NCBI GenBank assembly: GCA_012839865.1
Contig: DUMO01000054.1
Location: forward strand, 1-64,000
DNA: 64,000 bases
From: Clostridiaceae bacterium
GTDB lineage: Bacteria > Bacillota > Clostridia > CAYPLH01 > DUMO01
Reading direction: 5' to 3'
How positions within the stretch are numbered: position 1 is the stretch's first letter; every line of letters begins with the position of its first letter. The notes beneath the pieces were generated by a model. It had not been told where the DNA came from. It searched no databases and saw nothing but the letters and a program-made list of their open reading frames with translations. Positions 48,296-58,453 of the stretch are shown piece after piece. Both the position numbers and the translations under genes were made by a program.

Positions 48296-49510
48296 TTGGA
48301 TCTTATAAGAAAGCTTCAGATTTACAAGGAGAGCAATAAAATATCGAGGACCTTTGAAGACCGGGCAGACAGGGATGTCCCGGAAAAGCTGGGAGGTAAG
48401 GTTTGCTCCAATTTTCAGGGGAGTTGTGTTGTCATTGAAAATACTTATCCATTAAGCTATATTCACGGGGGATACCGGCTGGAGGATTTACTCTCGGTGG
48501 ATACCTCCCTCTTGGGTAAAATAAATCATGAGGCCGCCAACAGGCAGATAGATGACTTCCTGTTTTTGGATACCGAAACTACAGGCCTGGGTGGAGCGGG
48601 AACCGTGGCATTTCTGGTTGGAACAGGTTTTTTCCGGCAGGATTCTTTTGTGATAAGACAATATTTCATGCGGGACTATGATGAGGAACCTGCGGTTTTG
48701 GAGGACCTGAATTCTCTTCTTGGAGAATTCGGAGGCTTTGTGACATTTAACGGCAAGTCCTTTGACTGGAACCTTATAGAATCCAGATTTATCTTCAACA
48801 GAATGAAAATGAATCTGAAAAATCCTGTGCATCTCGACCTTTTATACCCCGCCAGAAAAATCTGGAGGTTAAAACTTGAAAGCTGCAGGCTGGTTTCCCT
48901 GGAGGAGAACATACTTGGAGAGTACAGGGTAAATGACATTCCCGGGGAGCAGATACCCGGGGTGTATTTCAAGTTTTTGAATGATGGTGATGTAACCGAC
49001 ATTTTAAGGGTGATAGAGCATAATCGTCTGGATATCATTTCAATGGTTTCTTTGCTTGCCAAAATACTTTCGATTGTTGAAAATCCCGTAAATCAAACAG
49101 ACGGCCTGGCAGAGCTCCTTGGAGTTGCACGAATTTTTGAATCATGCGAAGAAAAGGAAATGGTTATCAGGTGTTATGAAGAATGCATGAAAAATGACAA
49201 CGGTTTCTACGGGGAGACTGCAGCAAAAAAGCTTGGCGGCATGCATAAAAGAGATAAGGATTATGAAAAAGCAGTTGAGTGCTGGGAATATGTGCTGAAC
49301 AGCAAAGGCGGACACAGGATTTCCGCTTTGATTGAGCTTGCCAAGTATTATGAACACAAAGCCCGGGACTATGAAAAGGCTCTTGAGACAGTCCAAAAAG
49401 CCCTTGATATCTGTTTTGAATCAGTATACAGAAATGACAGGATTTTTGAAGACTTGAGGAAAAGAACCGTAAGGTTGAAAAATAAAATAGAGCGGGCTAA
49501 AAATGCATAG
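48296..49510 (+). CDS. mrfB: DEDD/RNase H-like exonuclease with TPR repeats (MrfB/YprB-like)
   Basis: FLDTETTGL, TFNGKSFD, HNRLD; helical TPR-like C-terminus. Start guessed at TTG 48296. Confidence 0.88.
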   Translation: MDLIRKLQIYKESNKISRTFEDRADRDVPEKLGGKVCSNFQGSCVVIENTYPLSYIHGGYRLEDLLSVDTSLLGKINHEAANRQIDDFLFLDTETTGLGGAGTVAFLVGTGFFRQDSFVIRQYFMRDYDEEPAVLEDLNSLLGEFGGFVTFNGKSFDWNLIESRFIFNRMKMNLKNPVHLDLLYPARKIWRLKLESCRLVSLEENILGEYRVNDIPGEQIPGVYFKFLNDGDVTDILRVIEHNRLDIISMVSLLAKILSIVENPVNQTDGLAELLGVARIFESCEEKEMVIRCYEECMKNDNGFYGETAAKKLGGMHKRDKDYEKAVECWEYVLNSKGGHRISALIELAKYYEHKARDYEKALETVQKALDICFESVYRNDRIFEDLRKRTVRLKNKIERAKNA

Positions 49511-49611
49511 ATTAAGGTCATCTGCGGGTTTCTGGCCGATTGCCTTAAGTTGCCACTTCATAAGCAATCAAATTTGGTGTTTCAATATTGCAACAATAAA
49601 TCTCAACAAGT

Positions 49612-51111
49612 TTATCGTTTTCTTAACACAGCGCGAAGTACAAGCTTTCCTTTCTTTATAAAGTAACGCAGCCTGGAGAAGAGCTGGAGTCCTTTATATA
49701 CTCTTGCAGCCAGTTTTCTCATCAATCCGGAGTCGCTTCTTTTGGCCAAAAATTTGGATATTGGCCTTGCAAATCTGAACTGTGTCATGTAGATGAGGGC
49801 ATACCAGAAATTGGACACTGGACTGTCGTTTTTATAGCCCCAATACATGTTGTATTGCTCCTGAATTGAACTGTACATGATTTTGTCAAGCTCTTCCCGT
49901 GATAAAACATTCATGTCAATAGCCATATCAACTATATCGGTACCCGGAAGAAAATTCAGGCCGTGAAGCTGAAGCTCGTATGGCAGCTTGAGTTGCAGGC
50001 ACAACTCATAGGTTTGCTTTATATCCTCATCCGTTTCAAAGGGATGCTGGAGCATAAAATCGTAAATAACCTGAGGGACCTTGCATTTTTTCAGGACTTC
50101 GCCTGCTTTGATTATTTCATCCTGTGTTTCCAGGCGGTGAAAAATTACCTTCCGGACTTTTGGTGAACCGCTTTGTATACCCATTACAACCTTGTACAAA
50201 CCTGCGGAGACCAATTTGCTTATAAGCTCCTCGTTTACTTTCAGGGGATGTCCCCAGATTTCAAAGGGAAGCCCGATTTCTTTTTTGTACCTGCTGCTGA
50301 ATTCGTCAATCCATTCCGGGTCGTCGGAAAAAATTTCATCCCAGAAATGAATTACCTTAAGGCCTTTTATCCTGGCTTTTGCATCCTTAAGTTCAGCCAT
50401 TACACTGTTAACGCTTCTGAAACGGACATAATTTCCTTTTCCTTTGTATACACGTTTCAAATTAACCGATGAACAGTATGAGCAAACAAAGGGGCAACCT
50501 CTTGAAGCGGTCAGCTCATAGCTTACCGATTTTAACTGAGGGTCACCCGTAGCTATTGTATTGTTATGAATGAAATATTTATTGTTTCCTCCGACTTCAG
50601 GATAACCGTACTTGTCGATATTTTCGCATAATGGACGGATATCGTTTATATATGTTGCATCGTTTTTTTTGTAAGCAAGATTAAGAATGGAGTTAACTGC
50701 TTTATTGGAGTAAACTGCATGGACAAGTTCGCAAATTGCCTGCTCGCCTTCTCCACGGATTACATAATCGGCGTATTTCAGGCATTTTTCAGGGAAAAGA
50801 GTCGGGAATACACCACCCCACACAAGAGGTATTTTGAAATTTGAAGTTATCATGTCATTGACCTTGTACACTGTCTCCAGGTAAAGAGAGGCCATGACAC
50901 TCAATCCGATGATTCCCGGATTTACCTTCAATATAAGCTCCTTAAGCAGATCAAGTTCTTTTTCTGTGGCAGGTTGGGGCTTTACGCTGTTGAAATCCTT
51001 GAAAAACACCAATACAGTGTCATATCCCGCAGCTGTAAGCGCTTGCTCCAAATATCTGACACCCAGAGCCTTTTTATTATAAAAACCAATCAATAGCACC
51101 GGCCTATCCAT
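49612..51111 (-). CDS. Cobalamin-binding radical SAM protein (paralog 2)
   Basis: N-terminal B12-binding domain (VWGGVFPT), SRGCPFVCSYC (CX3CX2C), HFWDEIF. Confidence 0.9.
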   Translation of the reverse strand: MDRPVLLIGFYNKKALGVRYLEQALTAAGYDTVLVFFKDFNSVKPQPATEKELDLLKELILKVNPGIIGLSVMASLYLETVYKVNDMITSNFKIPLVWGGVFPTLFPEKCLKYADYVIRGEGEQAICELVHAVYSNKAVNSILNLAYKKNDATYINDIRPLCENIDKYGYPEVGGNNKYFIHNNTIATGDPQLKSVSYELTASRGCPFVCSYCSSVNLKRVYKGKGNYVRFRSVNSVMAELKDAKARIKGLKVIHFWDEIFSDDPEWIDEFSSRYKKEIGLPFEIWGHPLKVNEELISKLVSAGLYKVVMGIQSGSPKVRKVIFHRLETQDEIIKAGEVLKKCKVPQVIYDFMLQHPFETDEDIKQTYELCLQLKLPYELQLHGLNFLPGTDIVDMAIDMNVLSREELDKIMYSSIQEQYNMYWGYKNDSPVSNFWYALIYMTQFRFARPISKFLAKRSDSGLMRKLAARVYKGLQLFSRLRYFIKKGKLVLRAVLRKR

Positions 51112-51307
51112 TAATTTGTTCCCCCACCCTTTTTCATATCAAAAAAACTCAAACCAACACTACTTTATTTTACTATACTGTTTGGTTATTTACAACTGTC
51201 CCGGAGACCAGGCGGTTCCTGTGGTTCCAGGCCGGGTTGAGGTTTTTCTTGATTCCCCATACATGACCGGGGCGGCTGAACCGGGACGAGGGGGACGGTT
51301 CCATTCT

Positions 51308-52792
51308 CTATCTCATAGCTCGCAGCAGAAGGCGCCCTTTTTTGTAATAATAGCGCAGGCGGCTTAAAGGCCTGGCCATTTTGCAGAGTTCAATTGCAGG
51401 CCGCATCATTGAATATTTGTCTGCCATGAACCTGGCAACAGGCCTCATGGGGGCAAACTGGGATAAATAAATCAGTGAGTACCAGAAGTTGGATTGTGGT
51501 GTTTTATTGTTAAGGTGCCAATATTTTCTATACTGTTCGTTCATTGGACTGTACATTATTTTCTCCAGTTCTGCTCTGCTCATGATTCCTCTTTCCACAA
51601 CCATTTCCGATATGCCGGTGCCCGGAAAATAATTGAGGGCATGGAGCTGAAGCTCAAAAGGAGGCTCAAGTTTGCTGCACAGAATGTAACTCTCCCTTAT
51701 GTCTTGCTCTGTTTCAAAGGGGTGCTGCAATATAAAATCATATATAACCTGTGGTACTTTGCACTCATTTAAGATTTTACTTGCGTTGAATATGTCTTCC
51801 TGGGACTCGGGCCTGTGGAATATTTCCTTTCTTATTCTTTCTGAACCGCTTTGTATTCCCATTACCGCTTTAAACAGTCCTGCCTTTACCAATTTTTGAA
51901 TTAAATCTTTGCGGACAGTGAGGGGGTGCACCCAGATTTCAAAAGGAAGATCAATTTCCTTTGCATACCTTGATACGAATTCATCCACCCATTCGTCATC
52001 GGAGGGGAATATCTCATCCCAGAAATGAATGAATTTCAAATTGGGAAGCTTGACCCTGGCTTCATTAAGTTCATCCATAATACTTTCGACACTCCGAAAG
52101 CGTATGTAACGCCCCTTGCCTTTGTATATTCTTTTTAAATTGACTGATGAACAGAAGGAACAGGAAAAGGGGCACCCCCTTGATGCGGCAAGCTCATAAC
52201 TCAAAGCTTCCATTTGAGGGTCTTTTCGGATTATCCGGTTGTTGTCAATAAAGAATTTGTTTGCCCCGCCAATTTCAGGGTAGCCATACCTGTCCAGATT
52301 TTGCTCCAGCAAGCGCACATCATTCATTTTGAATGTTCCATTATGCATATATGCAAGGTTTGATATGTTTTCACAGGTTTTTTTATTTATAATTGAATCA
52401 GCCAGTTCGGCCAAGGCTTCCTCGCCTTCTCCGATGATTACAAAGTCAGCATGTTCCAGGCATTTTTCAGGGAACAGGGAGGGATACACACCACCCCAGA
52501 CTATAGGTATTGAAAAGCTGCTTCGCAATGTATTATTAACATGATAAACTGTCTCAAGATATAATGAAGTCATGACGCTAAGACCTATCAGAGAAGGTTT
52601 AAGGGCAGAGACTGTCCGGGTGAGCAGTTCAAGTTCGGCTTTTGTGGTGCTTCCCGGTTTGATGCTGTTGAAACCTTTGAAAAATATTATATTAACCGGT
52701 ATACCATGGGCTGTCAGGGACTTTTCAAGGTACCTTACCCCCAGCGCTTTTTGATTATGAAAGGCTATTAGCAAAACCGAATTGTTATCCAT
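51308..52792 (-). CDS. Cobalamin-binding radical SAM protein (paralog 1)
   Basis: VWGGVYPS, SRGCPFSCSFC, HFWDEIF. Start moved to 52792 (GGAGG RBS). Confidence 0.9.
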   Translation of the reverse strand: MDNNSVLLIAFHNQKALGVRYLEKSLTAHGIPVNIIFFKGFNSIKPGSTTKAELELLTRTVSALKPSLIGLSVMTSLYLETVYHVNNTLRSSFSIPIVWGGVYPSLFPEKCLEHADFVIIGEGEEALAELADSIINKKTCENISNLAYMHNGTFKMNDVRLLEQNLDRYGYPEIGGANKFFIDNNRIIRKDPQMEALSYELAASRGCPFSCSFCSSVNLKRIYKGKGRYIRFRSVESIMDELNEARVKLPNLKFIHFWDEIFPSDDEWVDEFVSRYAKEIDLPFEIWVHPLTVRKDLIQKLVKAGLFKAVMGIQSGSERIRKEIFHRPESQEDIFNASKILNECKVPQVIYDFILQHPFETEQDIRESYILCSKLEPPFELQLHALNYFPGTGISEMVVERGIMSRAELEKIMYSPMNEQYRKYWHLNNKTPQSNFWYSLIYLSQFAPMRPVARFMADKYSMMRPAIELCKMARPLSRLRYYYKKGRLLLRAMR

Positions 52793-52951
52793 TAAAAATC
52801 CTCCGGTTAGAGAATAACGATTACACACCAAAAAAAATGCCTGTATGCTTAACCTGCCTGATATGCCAATAAAATATTCCTTGTCGCAGGAAAAGTCCTC
52901 AGCAATAAATTTTTGGTTGCTAATCATTTATTATCTAACTAAAGGACAAAA

Positions 52952-53803
52952 TTATTCAGGTTTTTTGAGAACACAGACCACCATTTTTACAAATCCCTCT
53001 TTGATTACAGGTATGCGGGAGGTAAAGGCCAAAAACTTTCTTAAGGGCACCTCCCGGTAGTAATCAATGCTGAAATCCGCATTTTCAAGAATCTTTTGAA
53101 ACCGTGCAATGGTCATTTTATTTATATATGAAATGTACTCGCAGCCGCTTCCGTCTTTTGAAATGCGAAGTTTAATCCGCTCCTGCTCGTCAGGAAGTTT
53201 GCTGACCAGTTCCTTGTATACTTCAATGAGGGTATTCTCGTTAAAGAAAAAATGAACCCAGGGAATGCCTATTGCATCACTAAGATGGGCACCGTAAGGA
53301 TGATAATAGGGAGGAAAATTTATGTAAAGCCTTCCGCCGGGCTTTAGCACCCTGCGGCATTCTTTTAATATTTCTTCCGGGTTTGCCACATGTTCCATGG
53401 AATCATTCATTATTATCGTATCAAAAAAGTTGTCGTCAAAAGACAAGTGTGTTGCATCTCCTACAACAAACCGGAACCTGTCTGAAAGCCCCTTTTCCTG
53501 TGCCAGTTGGTTGGCTTCGATTTCATACTGGGGAAGTATGTCTATGCCGTACACCATGGATGCGCCAAGGGAAGTGTAGTATATGGTCTTTCCTCCTGCC
53601 CCGCAGCCAATATCCAGTACGGTTTTGTCTTTGAAAATATCATCGGCGCTGTAACGCTCAAGATAATATTTGATGGTTTCCCTGCCCTTTTGATACTGCC
53701 AGCGGTTCAATGACATAATGCCTTTGTTTTGAAGGTTCAAAGGATGCTCCGGCAGAGGGAAAACTTTGTTCAGTAATTTGCAGGCTGTTTTTTTAAAGCT
53801 CAT
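52952..53803 (-). CDS. Class I SAM-dependent methyltransferase
   Basis: VLDIGCGAGG, GDA, MEHV, RVLKPGG motifs. Confidence 0.9.
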   Translation of the reverse strand: MSFKKTACKLLNKVFPLPEHPLNLQNKGIMSLNRWQYQKGRETIKYYLERYSADDIFKDKTVLDIGCGAGGKTIYYTSLGASMVYGIDILPQYEIEANQLAQEKGLSDRFRFVVGDATHLSFDDNFFDTIIMNDSMEHVANPEEILKECRRVLKPGGRLYINFPPYYHPYGAHLSDAIGIPWVHFFFNENTLIEVYKELVSKLPDEQERIKLRISKDGSGCEYISYINKMTIARFQKILENADFSIDYYREVPLRKFLAFTSRIPVIKEGFVKMVVCVLKKPE

Positions 53804-53938
53804 ATTTTTTCCTTTTCTCTGAAGTTTATTTTTATATCAAAATTTACTCAGTATATTATATTTCCCCAAAAAATCAATGCTTACATATTGCCTTATTTAA
53901 TAATAAAGCATCATCAAAGCAATTACAAGAGCCTAGCC

Positions 53939-53960
53939 TAAAGCCCGTGACTTTAGCCAC
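53939..53960. mobile_element. Possible IS200/IS605 end fragment
   Basis: TAAAGCCCGTGACTTTAGCCAC resembles the subterminal hairpin of IS605-type elements, truncated. Confidence 0.35.
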
Positions 53961-53964
53961 CGTA

Positions 53965-54029
53965 AATGAAATGTATGCAGAACAATAACAAAATAAAGCC
54001 ATTTGTTATTGTTCTGCATACATTTCATT
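53965..54029. repeat. Collapsed copy of the palindromic MITE (perfect 28-bp inverted repeat)
   Basis: AATGAAATGTATGCAGAACAATAACAAA, 9-nt loop, then its exact reverse complement. Confidence 0.85.
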
Positions 54030-54289
54030 CAAGTCAGGCTATACCTAAAAAGTAATGATTGATTGTGCAGAGGTGGCAGCAGGGATTCGGTCCTATTGAC
54101 CTGTTTGTTAGTGTTATTATAGAATGATGGTACGAACAGTAAACTTGACAGCATGCTGTAATTTGACAGATTATGCTTCATTCTCCATAAACGCCGTACT
54201 TCATTTGAGATTAAACCATCTTTTGAAAGCATATTATATTTGGAGCAGAATATATTCAAAGCAGCCAAAGTTGGCAGGGAGTGATTAAT

Positions 54290-55201
54290 ATGGGCGAGGT
54301 CTCTTTACCGCGAGCATGGGAAAGCTTGCTTGCTTCAATGAGCTTTTTACCGGTTATAGTAAAAAGCATAGAGAATTATTTCAACTCTGACTGGTCTATG
54401 AACCCAAATCGTCATGACCACTTTGAAATGGTTTATGTAAAAAAAGGTGACGGGATTTTTGAAGTGGCAGGTCAGCCTGTGCCTATTGGACCTAATGATA
54501 TATTAATCATCAAACCTAATCAGGTGCATAAATTGATCGTGAAATCCAAAACAGGATGCCAGTTTATTGTGTTAAGTTTCAGGTTTGCCGGCAAACTCAG
54601 CAAAGAATACTCGGAAATTTCTCTTGAGGACTTTTTGAATTTTGTTCGGGAAAATGAATCCGGAGCTTTTATTGTGCTGAAAGTAAATCAAAAAAACGAA
54701 ATTATTGATCTTTTGAACCGGATCATAAAGGAAAAAGAAAATGACGACATTGGGAGCGAATTCTTAAGGTATCTTTTAATTCTGGAGCTGTTTGTACTCC
54801 TTTCAAGGGCTCTTAAAATGGAGTGGGAAAACAGCATCAAAGGAAAAAGCCTTAAACTGAAAGAGCTCATAAGAATTGCGGTGGAGTTTATTTATAACAA
54901 TTTTGAGCGGGAAATTTCGGTTAAGGACATGGCGAACTACGTCTTTTTGAGCACAGGGTACTTTACACGGGCATTTAAGGAAGAGACGGGCATTACGCCT
55001 GTAAGCTACCTTCGGAAGGTAAGAATCGAAAGGGCGAAAGATCTGTTGGCGGAAACAGACATGAAAGTTGCCGAAATAGCACAAAGTGTGGGCTTTTCAA
55101 ACCAGCAGAGATTCAATGAAACATTCAGGCAACAAGTTAAAATGACTCCCCTGGAATACAGAAAAAGAAACCGTACCCCGAAAAACGGTTCCCGTGGTTG
55201 A
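54290..55201 (+). CDS. AraC-family regulator with a cupin sensor domain
   Basis: HDHFEMVYV cupin motif; YFTRAFKEETG...VGFSNQQRFNETFR double HTH. Confidence 0.92.
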   Translation: MGEVSLPRAWESLLASMSFLPVIVKSIENYFNSDWSMNPNRHDHFEMVYVKKGDGIFEVAGQPVPIGPNDILIIKPNQVHKLIVKSKTGCQFIVLSFRFAGKLSKEYSEISLEDFLNFVRENESGAFIVLKVNQKNEIIDLLNRIIKEKENDDIGSEFLRYLLILELFVLLSRALKMEWENSIKGKSLKLKELIRIAVEFIYNNFEREISVKDMANYVFLSTGYFTRAFKEETGITPVSYLRKVRIERAKDLLAETDMKVAEIAQSVGFSNQQRFNETFRQQVKMTPLEYRKRNRTPKNGSRG

Positions 55202-55509
55202 TAAGCCGGGACAGAGCCGGGGATTAATATCACAAAACATTAAAAAACATAGAATTATTTGTCATAGAAACGTAAGATTGAGCTTTTCCGCAGTGGTATA
55301 ATCTATCCCAATAATATTTTGGTTAACCGATACAGGCTTTCGAAGCCGGATTTTATGAAATAAAGACCGCTTTCAGACCCGGCAGGGCGTTTGTGCAAAT
55401 GCAGTTTAATATTATTTCATAGCCATAAAAACCGGGCAGGTTGCGGATACTATTAATTTCTTTTTTTGAGACATGTCGTGAAATAAAAAAGCAATAAGGG
55501 GTTGGTAAT

Positions 55510-56772
55510 ATGGGAATGACAATGACCCAAAAAATATTGGCGGAGCATGCCGGGCTTTCCAGTGTGAGAGCCGGACAGTTGGTAAAGGCAAAGCTTGATA
55601 TGGTGCTGGGAAATGATATTACATCACCCGTGGCAATAAAGGAGTTTATGAAGATTGGCGCAGAGTGTGTTTTTGATACTGAAAAGATAGCAATTGTGCC
55701 TGACCATTTTACTCCAAACAAGGATATCAAGTCCGCTGAGCAGGCAAAATTTATCAGGGAATTTGCATATAAGATGGGTATAAAGAATTATTTTGAAATA
55801 GGCGAGATGGGTGTGGAGCATGCACTTTTGCCCGAAAAGGGGCTTGTTGTATGCGGCGACGTAGTAATCGGAGCAGATTCCCATACCTGCACATATGGAG
55901 CTCTTGGAGCTTTCTCAACCGGTGTGGGAAGCACGGATATGGCAGCAGCCATGGCAACCGGTGAGGCCTGGTTTAAAATACCTGAAGCAATCCGGTTTGT
56001 TTTAAAAGGCAAGCCGGGAAAGTGGGTAAGCGGAAAAGACATAATCCTTCACATTATCGGCATGATAGGTGTTGACGGTGCCCTGTACAAATCAATGGAA
56101 TTTACAGGTGAAGGACTGTCCCATTTATCCATGGACGACAGGTTTGCCATGGCAAACATGGCTATTGAAGCGGGCGGCAAAAATGGCATATTTGATGTCG
56201 ATGAAAAGACAATTGAGTATGTGAAGGAACACTCACGGAAAGCCTATAAGATTTTTACAGCTGATAATGATGCTGAATACGTTGAAGAATATGAAATTGA
56301 CCTTTCGGGGTTAAGACCGACTGTTGCCTTCCCGCACCTGCCGGAAAACACAAGGTCAATAGACGAGGTGGGCGATATAAGGATAGACCAGGTTGTTATA
56401 GGTTCATGCACAAACGGGAGAATAGAGGATCTCAGGATGGCTGCTTTGGTATTAAAGGGCAGAAAGGTGCATAAGGGCGTAAGATGCATTATAATTCCGG
56501 CAACCCAGAAAATATGGAGACAGGCAATGAACGAAGGATTGTTTGAAATATTTATCGATGCGGGAGCAGCGGTAAGTACTCCTACCTGCGGTCCATGCCT
56601 TGGTGGGCATATGGGCATACTGGCGAAAGGCGAAAGGGCTGTTGCCACCACCAACAGAAATTTTGTAGGAAGAATGGGCCATCCCGAGAGTGAAGTGTAT
56701 CTTGCAAGTCCTGCTGTTGCAGCAGCTTCTGCAGTAGCCGGGAAAATTGCCTCTCCTGAAGACCTTAAGTAG
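55510..56772 (+). CDS. leuC: 3-isopropylmalate dehydratase large subunit (type 2)
   Basis: [26 protein letters not shown] Fe-S ligands. Confidence 0.9.
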   Translation: MGMTMTQKILAEHAGLSSVRAGQLVKAKLDMVLGNDITSPVAIKEFMKIGAECVFDTEKIAIVPDHFTPNKDIKSAEQAKFIREFAYKMGIKNYFEIGEMGVEHALLPEKGLVVCGDVVIGADSHTCTYGALGAFSTGVGSTDMAAAMATGEAWFKIPEAIRFVLKGKPGKWVSGKDIILHIIGMIGVDGALYKSMEFTGEGLSHLSMDDRFAMANMAIEAGGKNGIFDVDEKTIEYVKEHSRKAYKIFTADNDAEYVEEYEIDLSGLRPTVAFPHLPENTRSIDEVGDIRIDQVVIGSCTNGRIEDLRMAALVLKGRKVHKGVRCIIIPATQKIWRQAMNEGLFEIFIDAGAAVSTPTCGPCLGGHMGILAKGERAVATTNRNFVGRMGHPESEVYLASPAVAAASAVAGKIASPEDLK

Positions 56773-56860
56773 AGAAAATTAATCAACACCCAAGCCTTGC
56801 TTAAAAGATGATTAATACAGCAGGTTTACAAAAAGGTAGAGTGTTAAGGAGTGAAGAACT

Positions 56861-57358
56861 ATGAAAGTAGAAGGAAAAGTCATTAAGTACGGGGACAATG
56901 TCGACACAGATGTCATAATACCTGCGCGGTATCTTAATACATCAGACCCGTCGGAATTGGCAAGGCATTGTATGGAGGACCTTGACAAGGATTTTTCATT
57001 AAAAGCTGAAACATGTAAGATTTTAGTCGCCGGGAAAAATTTTGGTTGCGGGTCTTCAAGGGAGCATGCTCCAATTGCTATAAAGGAGTCCGGTATTGAG
57101 TGCATTATTGCAAAGACCTTCGCCAGAATTTTTTTCAGAAATGCAATAAACATTGGCCTGCCTATTATTGAATGTCCCGAGGCGGCAACTGATATTGAAC
57201 CCTGGGATACGGTAATTGTGAATTTTGAAACCGGAACCATAACCAACGTTACAAAAGGCAGAAGCTATGTGGCAGAAGCGTTTCCGGACTTCATGAAAGA
57301 AATAATGGCAGCTGGCGGGCTGATTGGATATATCAGAAACATGTTTAAAAAGACATAA
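56861..57358 (+). CDS. leuD: 3-isopropylmalate dehydratase small subunit
   Basis: [26 protein letters not shown]. Confidence 0.9.
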   Translation: MKVEGKVIKYGDNVDTDVIIPARYLNTSDPSELARHCMEDLDKDFSLKAETCKILVAGKNFGCGSSREHAPIAIKESGIECIIAKTFARIFFRNAINIGLPIIECPEAATDIEPWDTVIVNFETGTITNVTKGRSYVAEAFPDFMKEIMAAGGLIGYIRNMFKKT

Positions 57359-57371
57359 GGAGTTGAGTCGG

Positions 57372-58427
57372 ATGAAAGTATACAAAATTGGAGTCATACC
57401 CGGGGATGGTACCGGACCTGAGGTTGTGGAGGAAAGCGTAAAGGTTTTGAAGGCTGCGAGCAAAAAATTCGGGTTTTCAATTGATTTTGAATATTTTGAT
57501 TTCGGAGGAGAAAGGTATAAAAAGACCGGTATTATTCTTACAGATGAAGAAATAGAAAAGGTTGCCACAAAACAGGCAGTACTCCTGGGTGCCATCGGGC
57601 ATCCGGATGTAAAGCCGGGAATACTGGAAAGAGGAATTCTCCTGAAATTAAGATTTACTCTTGACCAATATATAAACTTAAGACCTGTCAAGTTGTATGA
57701 GGGTGTTGATACCCCCCTTAAGGATAAAGGGCCGGATGATATTAATTTTGTAGTTGTAAGGGAAAACACGGAAGGCCTTTATACAGGCGCAGGTGGTTTT
57801 TTGAGAAAGGGTACGCCTTACGAAGTTGCAATACAGGAATCCATCAGTACACGTCAGGGAGTTGAACGCTGTATCAGGTTTGCCTTTGAACTTGCCCGTA
57901 AAAGAAACAAAAAGAAAAAGCTGACCTTGTGCGGTAAAACCAATGTATTAACCTACGCCTTTGACCTTTGGGAAAGAACATTTTATGAAGTGGCAAAGGA
58001 ATATCCGGATATACAGACCGACTACTGCCATGTGGATGCTACATGCATGTGGATGGTGAAAAATCCTGAATTTTTTGATGTGATTGTTGCCGATAATCTA
58101 TTCGGCGATATAATCACTGATTTAGGTGCCGCAATACAGGGAGGAATGGGCATTGCAGCCGGTGGCAACATTAATCCCGAAGGTGTTTCGATGTTTGAAC
58201 CTATTGGCGGATCAGCTCCGAAGTATACCGGAAAGCGTATGATAAATCCGCTGGCGGCGATTGCTGCAGGTCAGATGATGATGGAACAGCTTGGCGAGGA
58301 TAAGGCAGCAGATGCAATTGAAAAGGCTGTCATGAAAGCTGTTAAGAATGATATAAAAAGCATGGCGGCAGGCAAGATGGGTTTTGCAACTGACGAGGTT
58401 GGGGACTTGATAGTAAGCTATTTATGA
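57372..58427 (+). CDS. leuB: 3-isopropylmalate dehydrogenase
   Basis: IPGDGTGPEV, RENTEGLY, DNLFGDIITD, FEPIGGSAP. Start moved to 57372. Confidence 0.88.
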   Translation: MKVYKIGVIPGDGTGPEVVEESVKVLKAASKKFGFSIDFEYFDFGGERYKKTGIILTDEEIEKVATKQAVLLGAIGHPDVKPGILERGILLKLRFTLDQYINLRPVKLYEGVDTPLKDKGPDDINFVVVRENTEGLYTGAGGFLRKGTPYEVAIQESISTRQGVERCIRFAFELARKRNKKKKLTLCGKTNVLTYAFDLWERTFYEVAKEYPDIQTDYCHVDATCMWMVKNPEFFDVIVADNLFGDIITDLGAAIQGGMGIAAGGNINPEGVSMFEPIGGSAPKYTGKRMINPLAAIAAGQMMMEQLGEDKAADAIEKAVMKAVKNDIKSMAAGKMGFATDEVGDLIVSYL

Positions 58428-58453
58428 AATTATCCTCCTTATTAAAAAAAACA

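Noticed and set aside
54029..54268. 79-aa minus-strand ORF next to the palindrome
   Set aside because: No RBS, no recognisable motif; occupies the araC promoter region.
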